Assembly (NCBI GenBank): GCA_964016885.1
Contig: OZ024751.1
Span: 38,874,001 to 38,938,000 of the forward strand
Direction: 5' to 3'
Source of the DNA: Eledone cirrhosa
Taxonomy: Eukaryota
Length of the DNA stretch: 64,000 nucleotides
The stretch's first letter is position 1; every line of letters begins with the position of its first letter. The translations under genes were made by a program, and so were the position numbers. The notes under the pieces were generated by a model that saw nothing but the letters and a program-made list of their open reading frames with translations, was not told the DNA's origin and made no database searches. Positions 1 through 12,530 of the stretch are shown here, piece after piece.

Positions 1-214
1 AGTCAGAAAGATCCTTATTGCAAGTTTTGTCTTACATATCATTTTCATAGTTTATATTTTCTATTTTCTATTGAATAAGTATTTCACAAAGAATTAATGA
101 TTACATTTGAATAAATGCCTTTCTATAAAAACAAAATATCATATCAAAGTTCACATCTACAGTTATATTTAAGTGTAGTAAAGGCAGCACTGGCAAATGG
201 AATGCATATATATA

Positions 215-410
215 TAACGAAGGAATTGTGGTAAGGAACCAGATGGACCATACGCACCAAAGTACTCAATACTTAGGGTAGTAGAGTAGGTAATGGGAAC
301 AAGTATGGACCCCGAGGGCAGAGCCCAAGCCGTTTCGACGACTAATTCTGGAGTCCAGAATTAGCCGTCCAAACGGCTTGAGCTCTGCCGTCGGGGTCAT
401 ACTTGTTCCT
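215..410 (-). mobile_element. Foldback (palindrome + tail) non-autonomous element, family A, copy 1; PLE pseudo-LTR-like, with 3' half of a hammerhead
   Basis: Imperfect inverted repeat 296-409 (ggaacaagtatg..ctaattctg/cagaattag..catacttgttcc) plus ~80 nt tail 215-295. Homologous to 37551-37744 and 52558-52745. Flanked by (TA)n. Confidence 0.85.
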
Positions 411-587
411 ATATATATATATATATAGTAAGGTGCATTATTGGTTGTGGAAAATGGTCCAATAACTTTATGTTAGCAATATTAAGTTCCCCACGCTTTT
501 GTATATCTCCAATTCCATTCGAGGGAACAGCTAGATGATGTAAAACGGAGTATAAGTATCAAAATGAAAATCCGAAAGCAATCGATC

Positions 588-632
588 TATCCGAAGACAA
601 TCGATCTATCTCTTATTGAAACATGTGTCGTA
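588..632 (+). ncRNA. Degenerate minimal hammerhead-like motif (CCGAAGA variant)
   Basis: tat-CCGAAGA-caat..att-GAAAC-atgt-GTC-gta. Palindromic ACATGT in stem III; stem I only 3 bp. Confidence 0.35.
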
Positions 633-676
633 ATTAAATGATTGGAATTTTACCTTGCCTTCGGATTTTCATTTTG

Positions 677-732
<56 letters not shown>

Positions 733-1021
733 GATTGTTTTTTTATGTATGTGTGTGAGTGATTTGTTTTTATATAGACTACCGTCTTTATTAACAATAC
801 TATATCAAGGCAGTATGTATCTATGTATGTATATATGTATGTAAGTATGTATGTATCGGTGCGGAGAAGGGTGTAAATAATTTAAATTATTTTCTCCGAC
901 AAAATAATGATTATGTATTCTTAACATGATACAAAAGTAAGTATTACATCGCATTTGAAATTATCAAATACATATACACACCCATGCGCAAACGCGTAAA
1001 CACACACACTGACACACACAC

Positions 1022-1054
1022 ATATGTATATATGTATATATATATATATATGTA

Positions 1055-1104
<50 letters not shown>

Positions 1105-1134
1105 CATATAGATGTATATATATACATATATATG

Positions 1135-1193
<59 letters not shown>

Positions 1194-1197
1194 GATG

Positions 1198-1230
<33 letters not shown>

Positions 1231-1255
1231 ATATACATATAGATGTATATATATA

Positions 1256-1305
<50 letters not shown>

Positions 1306-1539
1306 CATACATATAGATGTATATATATACATATATATGTATATATATATATATACATACATACATATAGATGTATATATATACATATATATGTATATAT
1401 ATATATATACATACATACATATAGATGTATATATATACATATATATGTATATATATATATATATATATACATACATATAGATGTATATATATACATATAT
1501 ATGTATATATATATATATATATATACATATAGATGTATA

Positions 1540-1577
<38 letters not shown>

Positions 1578-1581
1578 GATG

Positions 1582-1630
<49 letters not shown>

Positions 1631-1645
1631 GTATACACACACATA
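1022..1645. repeat. Compound (TA)n microsatellite with ~56-bp higher-order unit
   Basis: Recurrent 'acatacatatagatgtatatatatacatatatatg' separated by variable-length TA runs. Confidence 0.9.
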
Positions 1646-1875
1646 TTATTTAAGACGAAAAGTTGTTTGGATACTGCTAGGCAGGTGATTTGAGTCTATA
1701 TTGCGTGTCATTCTATGTACGTAATATTTAGGATATACTTAATTTACATCTATATAAGATTTATATATACATATCATATATATATATATATGCACTTAAC
1801 GAACACGTGTGACCATACATATCTATCCTTCTCTATATCTCTCTATCTCTCTCTCTCCCTCTCTCTCTCTCTCTA

Positions 1876-1951
<76 letters not shown>

Positions 1952-3455
1952 TATATATGTATGTAGTGCATTATTTTCCGAAAGATATTTAACATAGATT
2001 TGCGCTTGTAGTCTAACTTCATATATATTGGTCACAGCAGGCATGAACGATAAGGATATTCTCAGCATGATAAATCGTTTTAATTACTGATAAAACTTGC
2101 TGGGTGAAACATTTCGCAATGAAGCAGAAAAATTAATTACAAATTTGCTTGAGTATATATAAATAATTACTTTTTGTGTCTAATCACTTTAATATTTTTC
2201 TTTTCGCTTTCACAAATTTAAATCTGCATTCATAATGATATATTTGAAAGTACACATACATTGTTCTGATAACCACACATGAACTCTGAAACACGTTATT
2301 TCGTGGTCATGTGTTTGTGAGTGCATGTGTGTCCACGTTAGTCTACATGTATATGTACGTTTTAATTTAATGAACGTAAATAAGTATGGTGCTTTTAGGC
2401 GATAGCGGCGGTATCAGGTATCAATTTGCCAGGTATGGAAAGAAAAAGAAAAAACGTAAAAATGTGAAATTAATACCAGAGAGGGTAAAAATTTAGGAAA
2501 TTAGGACTTTAAAAGCAGGAATATTATATTGTAAATTAGAAAGAATAAAATAATGAAATAACAGTAACATTTTCGAAAGGGAAATAGCGACATCATTTCA
2601 TGGAAGTCACAACAAAATTTTGTGCTTTCTGTGGAACCCAGTCACCATCTTCCTAAATTTGTATATGAATGTCCCTTCAGCATGTTTATCCTCATGCAAA
2701 ACTTTGGAACTGTTCTATTGGCACATGTGTATTGCTAATTAAAACTATATATAATCCAGGATTATTACTGAATACATATTGTTAGAATTAGCTTTGGAAG
2801 TAATTTAAATTTTTCGTGTTATAATGAATGAAGATAAGTGAAGAGATCGAAGGGTGATTAAAAAAGATAAGTTTGTATTTTTCTATTCTCTCGCCAAATT
2901 TCTAATACCGTTAACGACAATTTCTTTTACATTAAGTTGAATTTGGAATACTTTTAGTGGCTAGAATTTTAACAATATACGCAATATCAAACTAATTATA
3001 AAATATTATAAGCGAAATAAAGATAGATCATGTTTCATGTTTTGATCGATTATAAAACTTTTAATATATTAAAAAGCTGACAAAATCTGTAATTACAAAC
3101 ACAATATTATTTTTGATTCCATGCAAAATTACAATTAACTAAGTCAATTAATTGAACTCTGCTGGTTAGAGTGATCTATCAAATGGTGTGGGGCGTCGTT
3201 GGTTTTGAGGTGTGGATTATAGGAAATTAAACTAACTTTTTTCGTGTTAGAAATGGATTTGTGCTGAAGAGAACAGGACGAGTTGACTGAATACTTTGCA
3301 GTGTAGCAAAGGAGGTCGATTAATATGTGTGTATAATTACTGAGCCAAAGACGGAGTTGTTAGAGAGATTCATAAGCTCCCAATAAAGCCAAACAGGTCT
3401 CCATCTACATTTCCATGTAAATGTAGTTCTGATCTTATATTACATCTAAATGTAT

Positions 3456-3520
<65 letters not shown>

Positions 3521-3544
3521 CATATGTATATATATATATATATG

Positions 3545-3604
<60 letters not shown>

Positions 3605-3653
3605 TATCTGTGCATGTTTATACTTAAATGTGTACGTCCCCTTCACACAGACA

Positions 3654-3684
<31 letters not shown>

Positions 3685-3686
3685 TA

Positions 3687-3724
<38 letters not shown>

Positions 3725-4323
3725 ATAATAATAAATTTCAAGACTAAAATCCAAAGAGGGCTCGATAAGGATAAATATATATCAAATATATAAGAACCGT
3801 AGAGCAAATATTTATTAAAATAACAGATTAAAGTTTAAGCAAAGAATCGCTGCTTTTAATAAATCTCTCTCTCTCTATATATATATATATATGTTAGTGT
3901 ATATATATATATATAATCCCCCAATGCTACGAACATCACTTGTAGATCTATAATTCTGATTCTGTTGTATTCCAATTTACTCCTCCGCACATTTTGTCAA
4001 CATCTTTTGTATATCCAGATGAATAAGATCAGTAACCTCAATATAATATATATCAGTATAAAAATCAATATCTTCTCATGAAAAATACTTCAATTAAATC
4101 AATATTTCGTTGTTAAATGCATGTAATCATCTGTGATTTCATTGATTTCGATTATCTCCACCCTGTTACTGATAGCAGCGATCACTCCAAGATCAATATC
4201 CTAGTTACATTTAGATAATCTATACAAATATGTATAGATCTAAAATAAATCCTATATTTGCAAACATAAATAAAGCACCTTAATCTATGCACATATATCT
4301 ACTCTAATACACAGCTTATATAT

Positions 4324-4450
<127 letters not shown>

Positions 4451-4477
4451 TAGTAACACAACAGTTAGTTTCCTATA

Positions 4478-4518
4478 CCAAGAACAATTTGTTCACCTTA
4501 TGCGGATCTTCAGCTCGG
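4478..4518 (-). ncRNA. Degenerate hammerhead motif
   Basis: Minus strand reads ccgag-CTGAAGA-tccgcataaggt-GAAC-aaatt-GTT-cttgg. Stem I ccgag/cttgg pairs; GAAA lacks one A. Next to a long (TA)n. Confidence 0.5.
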
Positions 4519-5043
4519 ACTAGTAGGTTATACGGAACAGGAAAAACAACGTATGAACGCGCATGCGCAGAAACGGTCTCTACATTCAAGCGATACAAAA
4601 CCACTGGCGAAAGGTGTAAGGTAGATAACTGAAAATGTTCGGAATAAATTGTTCGAGTTGATTAGAATGTTGCTGTTATATATATATGTGGGTGTGTGTT
4701 TGTGTATACATATGTACATATTGGGAAAGGTTCCAAAGATGGCCCCATCCTGCCTGGGCGTTACAGTTGAATTGCTTGGCATCGAGTTCGAATCCTTTGA
4801 AAGTTTACCTTTTTCGTCTACCGTCAATGTAATAAATGTGCATTGATGATAACATTGATTCTCGATCACGGTACTGTGAATATATGCATATGTGTGTGTG
4901 ATATACAGAAAATATAACTAGGTAAATTGTACGGTATCAACAAATAGCCATATAAGAAACTTGTTAAACACACACACATATTCATATATATATATATATA
5001 TATAAATACATATATATGAGTGTGTGTGTGTGTGCATGTGTGC

Positions 5044-5116
<73 letters not shown>

Positions 5117-5827
5117 TACATTCCGCTAAATATAATGGTTGGGAAATCGTAGAAAACATTACAGTAACACAAATTATATTAACGACTGGAAGAAATAGAG
5201 CTAGAGCTACGGCAGCTCCATTCAAACCAACACTAATGTGTGGGCAGTGGAAGCTAAAGAACAGGCAGTTCCTATAAAAGAAGTGACATTATTGCTGCTT
5301 TCGTTAATGGATTATTCAAGTTACTGAAATACATTAGTACCTGCCTGCCTCCAAAACTAAAGCTAATTGAGCGGCTTTAAATCAATCTATGCCAGGATGT
5401 AGGTAATGAACAAATCAAATCCAGTTTCTTACACAATGTAATGAATAGGTGTACTGTGAGAGAAACAATTTCTGACTAAGTTGTTTTGGAAAATGCGAAT
5501 CTCGTAAGTGAGAGCTAAATGATGTAAAAACGCCTAGCGTTCTTCGTTTTTTGACAATGATGTATTAAGGCGGTTTCTTGTAAAGGGCAATGCATACCAT
5601 TATTCCAATGAAAAATGACGTATCTTCCAAAAGTAAAGTAGTTTTCTAAATTCTAAACTTCCTTTTAGTGAATTATGAATCAAGTTTGCTATGATACAAA
5701 CATGGACGACAAAGCCAAATGTTAAGAAAACTAACACAAAAATGTGCTATAGTTTCTCTGATATGAATTATGTAACATTGTCTGTAGGTTATCTTCCTTT
5801 AGTTTCACACACACACACACACATTCA

Positions 5828-5863
<36 letters not shown>

Positions 5864-6941
5864 ACGCAATATCGTACAAAATCAATAGTGGTTGAAGCTA
5901 TAAAAGTGCAGATTTTAATGTGTGGTTATGTAAGTAGACATGATTACTAACAAAACTCTAATGGACTGGCCCAACTAAGTTATTGTGGTGTGAATCATTG
6001 CTCTCTTTACTGAAAACGGTAAAGAAGCCTATTATCTATAAAGAGACACACACACATATAGCTACATAGACACAAGTACATACCGACGCACATAACTACA
6101 TATTTATGTACTTTTATCATTATATATGTATGTGTGTGATTATGCATGCATGTGTGTGTATTTAATGGATCGCTGTTCTTTAAACAGTATATTAAAGATA
6201 CGACCGTATTTGTAATTAATCATTTATATGAAATATTGTTCATTTCTTCACAAGCATTTATATTCAGTTTAGAACAAATATGTTTTATAACTCTATTAAC
6301 GCGTCCAAAGGATTTCGGTTTTATATTATAAACACAGTAGTGTTAGTGACAACATTATTACCATAGTATTGCAGTGGGTAACACAGAGTTGTGTACACTT
6401 TAGCTGTTGCTGATAAATGATTAAAGTAGAAGCGTATGTGACGAAAATACAGCTATGGTTTTACAGTAAGTAACAAAGTATCTTATACGCTTATGCTATA
6501 TCTGATAAATGTTCGATCATCGAAGATATCATATTTGAACTTGATTGCATTAGTTTGTTATATCCATTGTTATTTATCACGAGGAGATACGTGTAGCACA
6601 AGACCATTGCTAAGATCGATTCATTCTCTAAAACTCTTTCGCAATTCCTTTCCCTCACTCACTGCTTCTCAGAAAAAACAAATCAAATCCATTGACGCAA
6701 AATAGCTGTGAACCCATAATCTGTCTTCATTCGAAACCTTTCAAAGTTATACATATATATTTACACAATGACTCATGTATACTGATTACAATATATACTC
6801 TAAATCGTACATAAACGCATGCACACACACACGATTGTGTGGGTGTATGTGCATTTTCCATGGAATGATGAATGGATATATGTATGCATATGTATGCATA
6901 TGTATGCATATGTATGCATATGTTCACATAAATATATGTAT

Positions 6942-7124
6942 TTGTTTCTACTTTTGGCACAAGGCCAGCAATTATTCCAATCTATTACTGGTACTTTATT
7001 TTATCGACCCCGTGAGGATGAAAGACAAAGTTAACCTCGATGGGATTTGAACTGAGACCATAAATGGGCGTAACTCTATGCTACAAAGCATGGTGTCATG
7101 CCCTCTACGATACTGCTAATCCAC
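6942..7124 (-). mobile_element. tRNA-derived SINE, family 1
   Basis: Reverse complement of the family consensus (box A tggcagtatcgg, box B agttcaaatcc, central gcctttcatccttacggggtcgataaaataaagtaccag, 3' ccttgtgccaaaagtagaaac). Confidence 0.9.
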
Positions 7125-7175
7125 ATATGCATGTCTTCATTTAGAGTCTATGTAATATTCTATTTCTCAAATAAT

Positions 7176-7361
7176 TGTTTCTACTTTAGGCAAAAGGCCA
7201 GCAATTACCCAGTGTATTACTGGTACTTTATTTTATCGACCCCGTAAGGATGAAAGGCAAAGTTAACCTCGGCGGGATTTGAACTCAGAATGGCAAGGGC
7301 CGTAACTCTATGCGTCAAAGCATGGCGTCCGACCCTCTACCGATACTGCCAATCTACCACC
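7176..7361 (-). mobile_element. tRNA-derived SINE, family 1, full length with 16-bp TSD
   Basis: Pol III box A/B present. Direct repeat ctatttctcaaataat at 7160-7175 and 7362-7377. Confidence 0.95.
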
Positions 7362-7653
7362 CTATTTCTCAAATAATATTACACATCTTGCAATCTAACC
7401 ACCATGTTCCCTGTAAAGGCTAACCGTGGTTACACACCGTCAGACTAGCGAACGTGAAGTCGAAACATATTTTCTATTCGAATCTTTACGGATGACGCCT
7501 TTCATTACATATTTTATTCTTATTTATATATCGGTATTATTACAGCAACGTTTATTTATAGTACGTATAGGGGCCACCTATATACACCCACAAGTAAACA
7601 CAGACCGCCACAAGAATAATGATACCCCAAATCCCACACACATATATACATCC

Positions 7654-7686
<33 letters not shown>

Positions 7687-8395
7687 TATATACATATATA
7701 TATGCATATATACATATACACATACATATACATATATATATATACATATATATATATATGCATGTACACATACACACATACATATATATGTGCATCCACA
7801 ATTCATCAAATATATACATGCATGCATATATACATCGACATAAATACATAGATGCATACACATATACAAGCATACATACATTTACATTTGACATATATAT
7901 TATTTCTATTTTATTTTCCTCTGTGTGTTTTAGATTCGAAACCTTTGCTCTCTCGAATTTCTCAGTTCTCTCTTATATTGACACAGTGGATTTCCCAGTC
8001 AATTCCTCTTTCACCATTTACCATCCACAACACAACACAACTAATAACATTGAAAATCCCGTCTCTTTCAAATTATATACGAATGAAATTGTGCATTGCT
8101 TTTTTGATTGGTTTCTACTGCTTCGTAATCTAGTTTGGTACAGTTTTATAAATTGTGCAGTCACTTTAATACAATGCAGTAACAAGAGGAAAAATGTAAA
8201 AGGAATAAAATATAGGAAAGGAAAATGAGAAAAATAGACGAAGCAATCCTCCCAAAACGAAATAAAGTATAAAATAATGAAGTAATGTAAAAATAACGTA
8301 ATACGGAATATAAACTAAATGTCTGAGGAGATAGAGTGAGATATAAAATATAGATAGATGGAAAAGTGAGTAATGTACATACATACATATATATA

Positions 8396-8432
<37 letters not shown>

Positions 8433-8485
8433 GAGTGTGTATATATATATGTATATGAGTGTGTATATATATATATGTGAGTGTG

Positions 8486-8539
<54 letters not shown>

Positions 8540-8550
8540 TACATCCATAC

Positions 8551-8605
<55 letters not shown>

Positions 8606-8690
8606 CATATATATATACACATATATATATATATATATATACATACATATATACATACACATATATATATATATACATACATATATACAT

Positions 8691-8737
<47 letters not shown>

Positions 8738-8861
8738 CATGCGGGTGCATGCATATATCTATATATCTATGTGTGTATGTGTGTGTCTTTCTATGCAGAT
8801 ATGGACGCATGTGTGTATGCATATATGTCTACAGAGGGAGAGAGAGAGGGTTAGAGAGAAT

Positions 8862-8935
<74 letters not shown>

Positions 8936-9798
8936 GCAGGGTATGGAGGAGAGACTGAAACTAATATGATAGAGATATAGATGGATGGATAGATGGATGC
9001 GAGGCAGGGAGGAAAGTGCCCAAGAACTGACATAATAGAAAAAGAAATAAAAGTCAAAAATAAATACCCTAAATAAGACACAACAAAAAAACAAAAACAA
9101 AAAAAATAACAACAACAAAAAACAAAGAGATAATAATAAATAAAAACCACGCTGCCTGGAATGAAAGAATCCAGAATGATGGGATGCAGAGAGAATGTAA
9201 CAGTAGACTCAATTGATGGATGAATTTAGATAGTAGATTTGTAAAATTAATAGCCAAAGCTAGAAAGATCAATAACAACCAGTAAGTAATGTTTGTTCCA
9301 TGAAGTTTTCCAATTGAAGATTTTGTAAATAGGTGGATGTATATGAGAGAAAGAGAGGGGGGGGGAAGCGAGTGTGTTGGAATATACGGAGAGCGGAATA
9401 AGAAATAGAAGAAAAAAGAGTGGAAAAAAATTGAAGTGAGAACATAGGAGAAAATGTAAATTTGAAGGATTGGGAGCGAGGAATAGGATTGGGTGGTCAG
9501 ATAGACAAGCAGACAGACAGGAATGGACGAAATTGATGACGTGGGAATATAGAAGAAAAACGTTAACTTGAATGATTGGGAGGAGGGTAAGGGACAGAGG
9601 GAAGAAGAATGAGCTAAATATTGAGAGAAAGGGAAAAACGGTAAAACAAAAGGAAATCATAGAATAAAATCACGAAGAAAAACATATTTGAACTCCAAGG
9701 AAATGTCTGCAAATGCAAAGCTAAAGATTCTTTGTATATATTGTAATAAATCATACATCGTTACATAAATAGTTCTATTACTAGCTTCAGAAATACTT

Positions 9799-9950
9799 CT
9801 TTCTAATATTGGCACTCATGTGTCAATTTTGATCCCAGTAATTAACTGGTACATTATTTTATAGATTTAGGAAGGAAGACGGACAAAATTGGTATTTGCG
9901 TAATCTGAGCTCAGGACATAAAGAACCAAAACAAATACGTTGTAAAGAAC
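9799..9950 (-). mobile_element. Degraded SINE family 1-related copy
   Basis: cccagta..actggtacattattttatag..ggaaggaagacggacaaa is a diverged match to the family core. Confidence 0.6.
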
Positions 9951-10035
9951 TTGGCAAGAAGCTAGAAATTTGGGGAACGAATTTAGTTAAATCGGAACAG
10001 GAAATATGACTGGTATTATATATTTAGGAAGATGG

Positions 10036-10250
10036 TCCAGTGGATTGGCAGAATCGGTAGAGCCTCAAGCCAAATGCTTCATGACACATAATTAAAGCCC
10101 TTTATGTTCTGATTTCAAATCCTGGCTAGGTTAGCTTTACCTTTCAACCTTATGGAATCGGTAAAATCAAGTATCTATAAGCACTGGGGTCTATTTTATC
10201 GACTTTCCCATGACCCTTCAAATCGTTCGCTTTTTGCCTAAAATAGACAG
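10036..10250 (+). mobile_element. SINE family 1, older/longer subfamily
   Basis: gtggattggcagaatcggtagag..ttctgatttcaaatcc..acctttcaaccttatggaatcggtaaaat..ttgcctaaaatagac. Confidence 0.8.
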
Positions 10251-10259
10251 GATTACCAT

Positions 10260-10451
10260 TTCTGATTTAGTCATAAGGCCAATAATTTGGGAGGAGGGAC
10301 AAATCGATTAAATCGACCCCTGTGCGTTACTGGTACTTTGTTTTATAGACCCCGTAAGGATGAAAGGCAAAGCTAACCTCGGCGGAATTTGAAATCAGAA
10401 CGTAAAGAACCGTAACACTATGCTGCAAGACATGCTGTCCGACGCTCTACC
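10260..10451 (-). mobile_element. SINE family 1, longer subfamily
   Basis: Family core plus extra 'gggaggagggacaaatcgattaaatcgacccc' segment. Confidence 0.88.
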
Positions 10452-10645
10452 AATTCTGCCAATCCGTCGCCCAAAAAGTAGACACAATTATGATTCTGCA
10501 TGTATTTGCTTTATTTTCCCACCATTCATTCTAAATAGAGTTGATTCAACTTTGGAAGTATTATCCCTAATCTTTATACACGGAATGTATTCACCAAGAA
10601 ATTCAAAACAAGTTGCGTATATCTATTTTCATGTAATTATTCTCA

Positions 10646-10818
10646 TGGCAGTATCGGTAGAGGGTCGGACGCCATGCTTTCCAGCATAGTTACGTCCCTT
10701 TATGATCTGAGTTCAAATCCCGCCGAGGTTGACTTTGCTTTTCATCCTGACGGGGTCGATAAAATAAAGTACCAGTAATGCACTGGATAATTGCTGGCCT
10801 TGTGCCTAAAGTAGAAAC
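10646..10818 (+). mobile_element. SINE family 1
   Basis: tggcagtatcggtagagggtcggacgcc..gagttcaaatcccgccgagg..gtagaaac. Flanked by aattattctca. Confidence 0.95.
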
Positions 10819-10843
10819 AATTATTCTCACTGTATTCTACACT

Positions 10844-11011
10844 ATCAGTAGAGGGTCGGACGCCATGCTTTGACGCATAGAGTTACGGCCCTTGCCATTC
10901 TGTGTTCAAATCCCGCCGAGGTTAACTTTGCCTTTCATCCTTACGGGGTCGATAAAATAAAGTACCAGTAATGCACTGTGTAATTGCTGGCCTTGTGCCA
11001 AAAGTAGAAAC
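10844..11011 (+). mobile_element. SINE family 1, tandem second copy
   Basis: Near-identical to the preceding copy; followed by aattattctca. Confidence 0.93.
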
Positions 11012-11841
11012 AATTATTCTCATTGGATTATAACACACACAAACACACACAGAAACGTCCAGGTGTGTGTGTGTATGTGTGTGTGTGTGTGTGAGTGTGT
11101 GTATGTGTGTGTGTACGTGTGTGGTGTGTGTGAGTGTGTGTTTGTGTGTGCGTGTGTGTTTGAGTGCATTTATTTGTACGTGCAGTGAATATAGTAATGG
11201 TGTCCTTCCTGAAAATGATACGAGTTTCTCTTTGCTATCAAATTCCCCAGATATACATGATATGTTGAATTTTTCTTAATAAATATTAAAGTTAAGATAA
11301 CTTGTCTCCTGAAATCCAAGAGATAATTAATTATTGATAGGCTTCATCACATCAGAGTCTAAAGAAATAGAGATATCCTATATTAGCCCACTATTTCATT
11401 TAATTATTTAAAATCCAGGAATGTGTGGATATTTAGAAAGTTTCTGCATATTTTCTACCGTTCCTTGGCAACTGTCATAATATTTACCTGTTGTACATGC
11501 AAGACACAGATACAACAAATTCTAATTTTCCTCCTTAGAATCTCGAAATATCTTACTTACCGAAATAAATTAGTTTTAAGCAATATGATTTTAAATATAT
11601 TCATGCATCCAAACGTTTACAAAATGCTGCTGAAGAAGTTTTCACTATCAGTTAGACACATTTCATACAGGAGACAAAGAGAATTTTGTACATTCAATCT
11701 CTTGAAACCGGAAAATTATGTACAGATATCGACCTAATGATTCTCTGGGCATGAAACATGTTTGTGGTTAGAGGTGGGTGAATAATATTCTATTACAAAT
11801 GTTATTGGATTAAATCCTGAAAGCTCGTAATACGCCTTTTA

Positions 11842-12055
11842 TAATTGTTTGTGATTTAGACACAAGGCCAAATATTTGGGGGTTGGGGAGATTAGATTAA
11901 ATTGAAACCAGAACATTACTGGTACTTTATTTTATCGACACTGCAAGTATGAACGGCAAAACTAACCTCAGCGGGATTTGAACTTAGAACGTAAAGGGAC
12001 GTAACAATGCCACGAATCATGGTGTTTGACGTTCTACCGATACTAATATTTCACT
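11842..12055 (-). mobile_element. SINE family 1, longer subfamily
   Basis: acacaaggcc..actggtactttattttatcgac..gggatttgaac. Confidence 0.85.
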
Positions 12056-12128
12056 GCCCTTTCATAATATAATATATTACTTTTATATTGAAGATGTGGA
12101 CAATGATGTACGTACATCATAAATCTGT

Positions 12129-12290
12129 GGATTGGCAGTATCGGTAGAGGGTCAGACGCCATGCTTTGCCGCAAAGAGTTACGGCCCTTTATGTTCTGAG
12201 TTTGCCTTTCATCCTTACGGGGTCGATAACATAAAGTACCAGTAATACACTGGGATAATTGCTGGCCTTGTGCCAAAAGTAGAAACAATT
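12129..12290 (+). mobile_element. SINE family 1 with internal deletion through box B; 10-bp TSD
   Basis: ggattggcagtatcgg..ctgagtt^tgcctttcatcc. TSD ataaatctgt at 12119-12128 and 12291-12300. Confidence 0.92.
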
Positions 12291-12324
12291 ATAAATCTGT
12301 TTGCATTTCCATAAAGTTCGCCTC

Positions 12325-12458
12325 TACGTCCCTTTACGGACTGAATTCAAATCCCTCCAAGGTTATCTTTGCCTTTCATCCTTACGGGGTCGATAAAATA
12401 AAGTACCAGTAATGTACTGAGTATTTGCTGGCCTCGTGCCAAAAGTAGAAACAATTAT
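12325..12458 (+). mobile_element. SINE family 1, 5'-truncated
   Basis: tacgtccctttacgg..aattcaaatcc..gcctttcatccttacggggtcgataaaataaagtaccag..gtagaaac. Confidence 0.88.
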
Positions 12459-12530
12459 TCATAGAGATTTATGTGTTAATCCTATTCTTTCAGTCTATTC
12501 TATTAACTATAATATATCTTAAATCGCATT

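Noticed and set aside
5113-5760. Possible transposase remnant (CKGQC-like peptide near 5578-5600)
   Set aside because: Single short motif amid multiple stops; insufficient evidence.
10646-10730. tRNA gene (box A/B present)
   Set aside because: No cloverleaf; it is the head of a multi-copy SINE with a body and TSDs.
11734-11765. CTAATGA..GAAACATGTT motif (and CTGATAA..GAAAC at ~2086-2115)
   Set aside because: Core mutated and stems weak; cannot be distinguished from chance by eye.
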